64,000 bases of DNA from the human T2T-CHM13v2.0 reference genome, Homo sapiens, in assembly GCF_009914755.1 (NCBI RefSeq), contig NC_060946.1; one strand, given 5' to 3'. The position numbers and the translations under genes are program-made. The notes below the pieces were generated by a model that saw nothing but the letters and a program-made list of their open reading frames with translations, made no database searches and was not told the DNA's origin. Every line of letters begins with the position of its first letter. Position 1 is the stretch's first letter. Positions 60,838 through 64,000 of the stretch are shown in pieces.

Positions 60838-63800
60838 ATAAAATATAAAAGTACCCCAAATATATATTATATACTGTACATGAAATATCAAAGTTCACAA
60901 ACTATATATTATATACTGTACATAAAATATCAAAGTACTCAAGGTATATATTCTATACTGTACAAAAAATATCAAAGTACCCAAAGCATGTATTATATAC
61001 TGTACATAAAATATGAAAGTACATCAAATATATATTTTATTCTGTACATAAAATATCAAAGTACACCAGATAGATATTCTATAGTGTACATAAAATAACA
61101 AAGTACACAAACTATAAATTATATACTGTACATATAATATGAAATTACATAAAATATATATTAGGTACATAAAATATGAAAGTACATCAAATATAGATTA
61201 TATACTGTACATAAAATATCAATGTACACCAAATATATATTTTATACTCTACATGAAATATCAAAGTTCACAAACCATATATTATATACTGTACATAAAA
61301 TATCAAAGTACCCAAGGTATATATTCTATACTGTACAAAAAATATCAAAGTATCCAAAGCATGTATTATGTACTGTACATAAAATATGAAAGTACATCAA
61401 ATATATATTTTATTCTGTACATAAAATATCAAAGTACACCAGATATATATTCTATAGTGTACATAAAATAACAAAGTACACAAACTATAAATTATATACT
61501 GTACATAAAATATGAAATTACATAAAATATATATTAGGTACATAAAATATGAAAGTACATCAAATATAGATTATATACTGTACGTAAAATACCAAAGTAC
61601 CACAAATATATATTTTATACTGTACATGAAATATCAAAGTTCACAAACCATATATTATATACTGTACATAAAATATCACAATACCCAAGGTATATATTCT
61701 ATACTGTACAAAAAATATCAAAGTACCCAAAGCATGTATTATATACTGTACATAAAATATGAAAGTACATCAAATATATATTTTATTCTGTACATAAAAT
61801 ATCAAGGTACACCAGATATATATTCTATAGTGTACATAAAATATCAAAGTACCCAAACTATACATTATATACTGTACATAAAATATGAAATTACATCATA
61901 TATATATTAGGTACATAAAATATGAAAGTACATCAAATATAGATTATATACTGTATATAAAATATCAAAGTACTGCAAATATATGTTATATACTCTACAT
62001 GAAATATCAAAGTTCACAAACCATATATTATATACTGTACATAAAATATCAAAGTACCCAAGGTATATATTCTATACTGTACAATAAATATCAAAGTACC
62101 CAAAGCATGTATTATATACTGTGCATAAAATATGAAAGTACATCAAATATATATTTTATTCTGTACATAAAATATCAAAGTACACCGAATATATATTCTA
62201 TAATGTACATAAAATATCAAAGTACCCTAACTATACATTATATACTGTACATAAAATATGAAATTACATCAAATATATATTATATTAGGTACATAAAATA
62301 TGAAAGTACATCAAATATAGATTATATACTGTACATTAAATACCAAAGTACCCCAAGTATATATTTTATACTGTACATGAAATATCAAAGTTCACAAACC
62401 ATATATTATATACTGTACATAAAATATCAAAGTACCCAAGGTATATATTCTATACTGTACAAAAAATATCAAAGTACCCAAAGCATGTATTATATACTGT
62501 ACATAAAATATGAAAGTACATCAAATATATATTTTATTCTGTACATAAAATATCAAAGTACACCAGATATATATTCTATAGTGTACATAAAATAACAAAG
62601 TACAAAAACTATAAATTATATACTGTACATAAAATATGAAATTACATCAAATATATATTAGGTACATAAAATATGAAAGTACATCAAATATAGATTATAT
62701 ACTGTACATAAAATATCAATGTACACCAAATATATATTTTATACTCTACATGAAATATCAAAGTTCACAAACTATATATTATATACTGTACATAAAATAT
62801 CAAAGTACTCAAGGTATATATTCTATACTGTACAAAAAATATCAAAGTACCCAAAGCATGTATTATATACTGTACATAAAATATGAAAGTACGTCAAATA
62901 TATATTTTATTCTGTACATAAAATATCAAAGTACACCAGATATATATTCTATAGTGTACATAAAATAACAAAGTACACAAACTATAAATTATATACTGTA
63001 CATAAAATATGAAATTACATCAAATATATATTAGGTACATAAAATATTAAAGTACATCAAATATAGATTATATACTGTACATAAAATATCAATGTACCCC
63101 AAATATATATTTTATACTCTACATGAAATATCAAAGTTCACAAACCATATATTATATACTGTACATAAAATATCAAAGTACCCAAGGTATATATTCTATA
63201 CTGTACAAAAAATATCAAAGTACCCAAAGCATGTATTATATATGGTACATAAAATATGAAAGTACATCAAATATATATTTTATTCTGTACATAAAAAATC
63301 GAAGTACACCAGATATATATTCTATAGTGTACATAAAATATAAAAATACCCAAACTATACATTATATACTGTACATAAAATATGAAATTACATCAAATAT
63401 ATATTATATTAAGTACATAAAATATGAAAGTACATCAAATATAGATTATATACTGTACATATAATATCAATGTACCCCAAATATATATTTTATACTCTAC
63501 ATGAAATATCAAAGTTCACAAACCATATATTATATACTGTACATAAAATATCAAAGTAACCAAGGTATATATTCTATACTGTACAAAAAATATCAAAGTA
63601 CCCAAAGCATGTATTATATACTGTACATAAAATATGAAAGTACATCAAATATATATTTTATTCTGTACATAAAATATCAAAGTACACCAGATATATATTC
63701 TATAGTGTACATAAAATATCAAAGTACCCAAACTATACATTATACACTGTACATAAAATATGAAATTACATCAAATATATATTACATTAGGTACATAAAA

Positions 63801-64000
63801 TATGAAAGTACATCAAATATAGATTATATACTGTACATAAAATACCAAAGTACCCCAAATATATATTTTATACTGTACATGAAATATCAAAGTTCACAAA
63901 CTATATATTATATACTCTACATAAAATATCAAAGTACCCAAGGTATATATTCTATACTGTACAAAAAATATCAAAGTACCCAAAGCATGTATTATATACT

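Larger units (their letters stand above)
1..64000 (+). repeat. HSat1A (classical human Satellite I / SAR) array: 42-bp monomers in a 378-bp 9-mer HOR, roughly 170 HOR copies, open at both window edges
   Basis: Continuous 42-bp periodicity (14-aa period in the ORF track) and 126-aa/378-bp higher period. The monomer splits at GTAC into 17-bp ACATAAAATAT(C/G)AAAGT and a 25-bp unit, as in classical Satellite 1. About 9 G+C per 42 bp. No non-satellite sequence or strand switch seen. Confidence 0.96.

Noticed and set aside
56-63464. Around 150 ORFs, including 422-683-aa ones, as protein-coding genes
   Set aside because: They are translations of the 42-bp satellite, with no unique domains or gene structure, and are broken freely by stops and frameshifts.
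1-64000. CRISPR-like array (constant TGTACATAAAATATCAAAGTAC plus variable part)
   Set aside because: The variable parts are homologous to each other and cycle every nine units; there are no unique spacers, leader or cas genes.
1-64000. Alpha satellite, HSat2/3, HSat1B or telomeric repeat
   Set aside because: No 171-bp monomer or CENP-B box, no CATTC pentamers, no Alu-containing ~2.4-kb unit, no TTAGGG arrays (TTAGG appears once per HOR only).
1-64000. Transposon or other unique insertion
   Set aside because: No Alu, L1, LTR, poly(A) tail, target-site duplication or GC-rich interruption noticed on reading; a very short insertion could have been missed by eye.
1-64000. TATA-box promoters and hairpin terminators (TATAAA, AATATATATT, TGTACA palindromes)
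   Set aside because: Expected at high frequency in a TA-rich repeat; the palindromes are short and have no supporting context.

Overview
The whole 64 kb window is one uninterrupted, single-orientation array of a very AT-rich (~20% GC) 42-bp tandem satellite. The monomer (consensus ~ACATAAAATATCAAAGT + ACCCAAACTATATATTATATACTGT, alternating 17-bp and 25-bp RsaI/GTAC fragments) and its 378-bp 9-monomer higher-order repeat (HOR) match human/great-ape classical Satellite 1A (HSat1A/SAR), a pericentromeric and acrocentric-arm satellite. The chromosome cannot be assigned from this window. I see no genes, RNA genes, transposons or CRISPR arrays; the ORF track is a by-product of a 42-bp unit with one stop-free frame. 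The information lies in the nested structure: interleaved 378-bp and 373-bp HOR types; in-register 6-, 8-, 10-, 11- and 13-monomer HOR variants; recent near-identical tandem duplications with periods of 7095, 3387/3009, 2042, 924 and 793 bp; and layered variant domains. The most speculative functional observation is that the + strand carries the Pumilio element TGTA(C/T/A)ATA about 5-6 times per HOR, while the - strand carries one canonical AATAAA per HOR. All periods and counts were derived by eye from the sequence and ORF coordinates.
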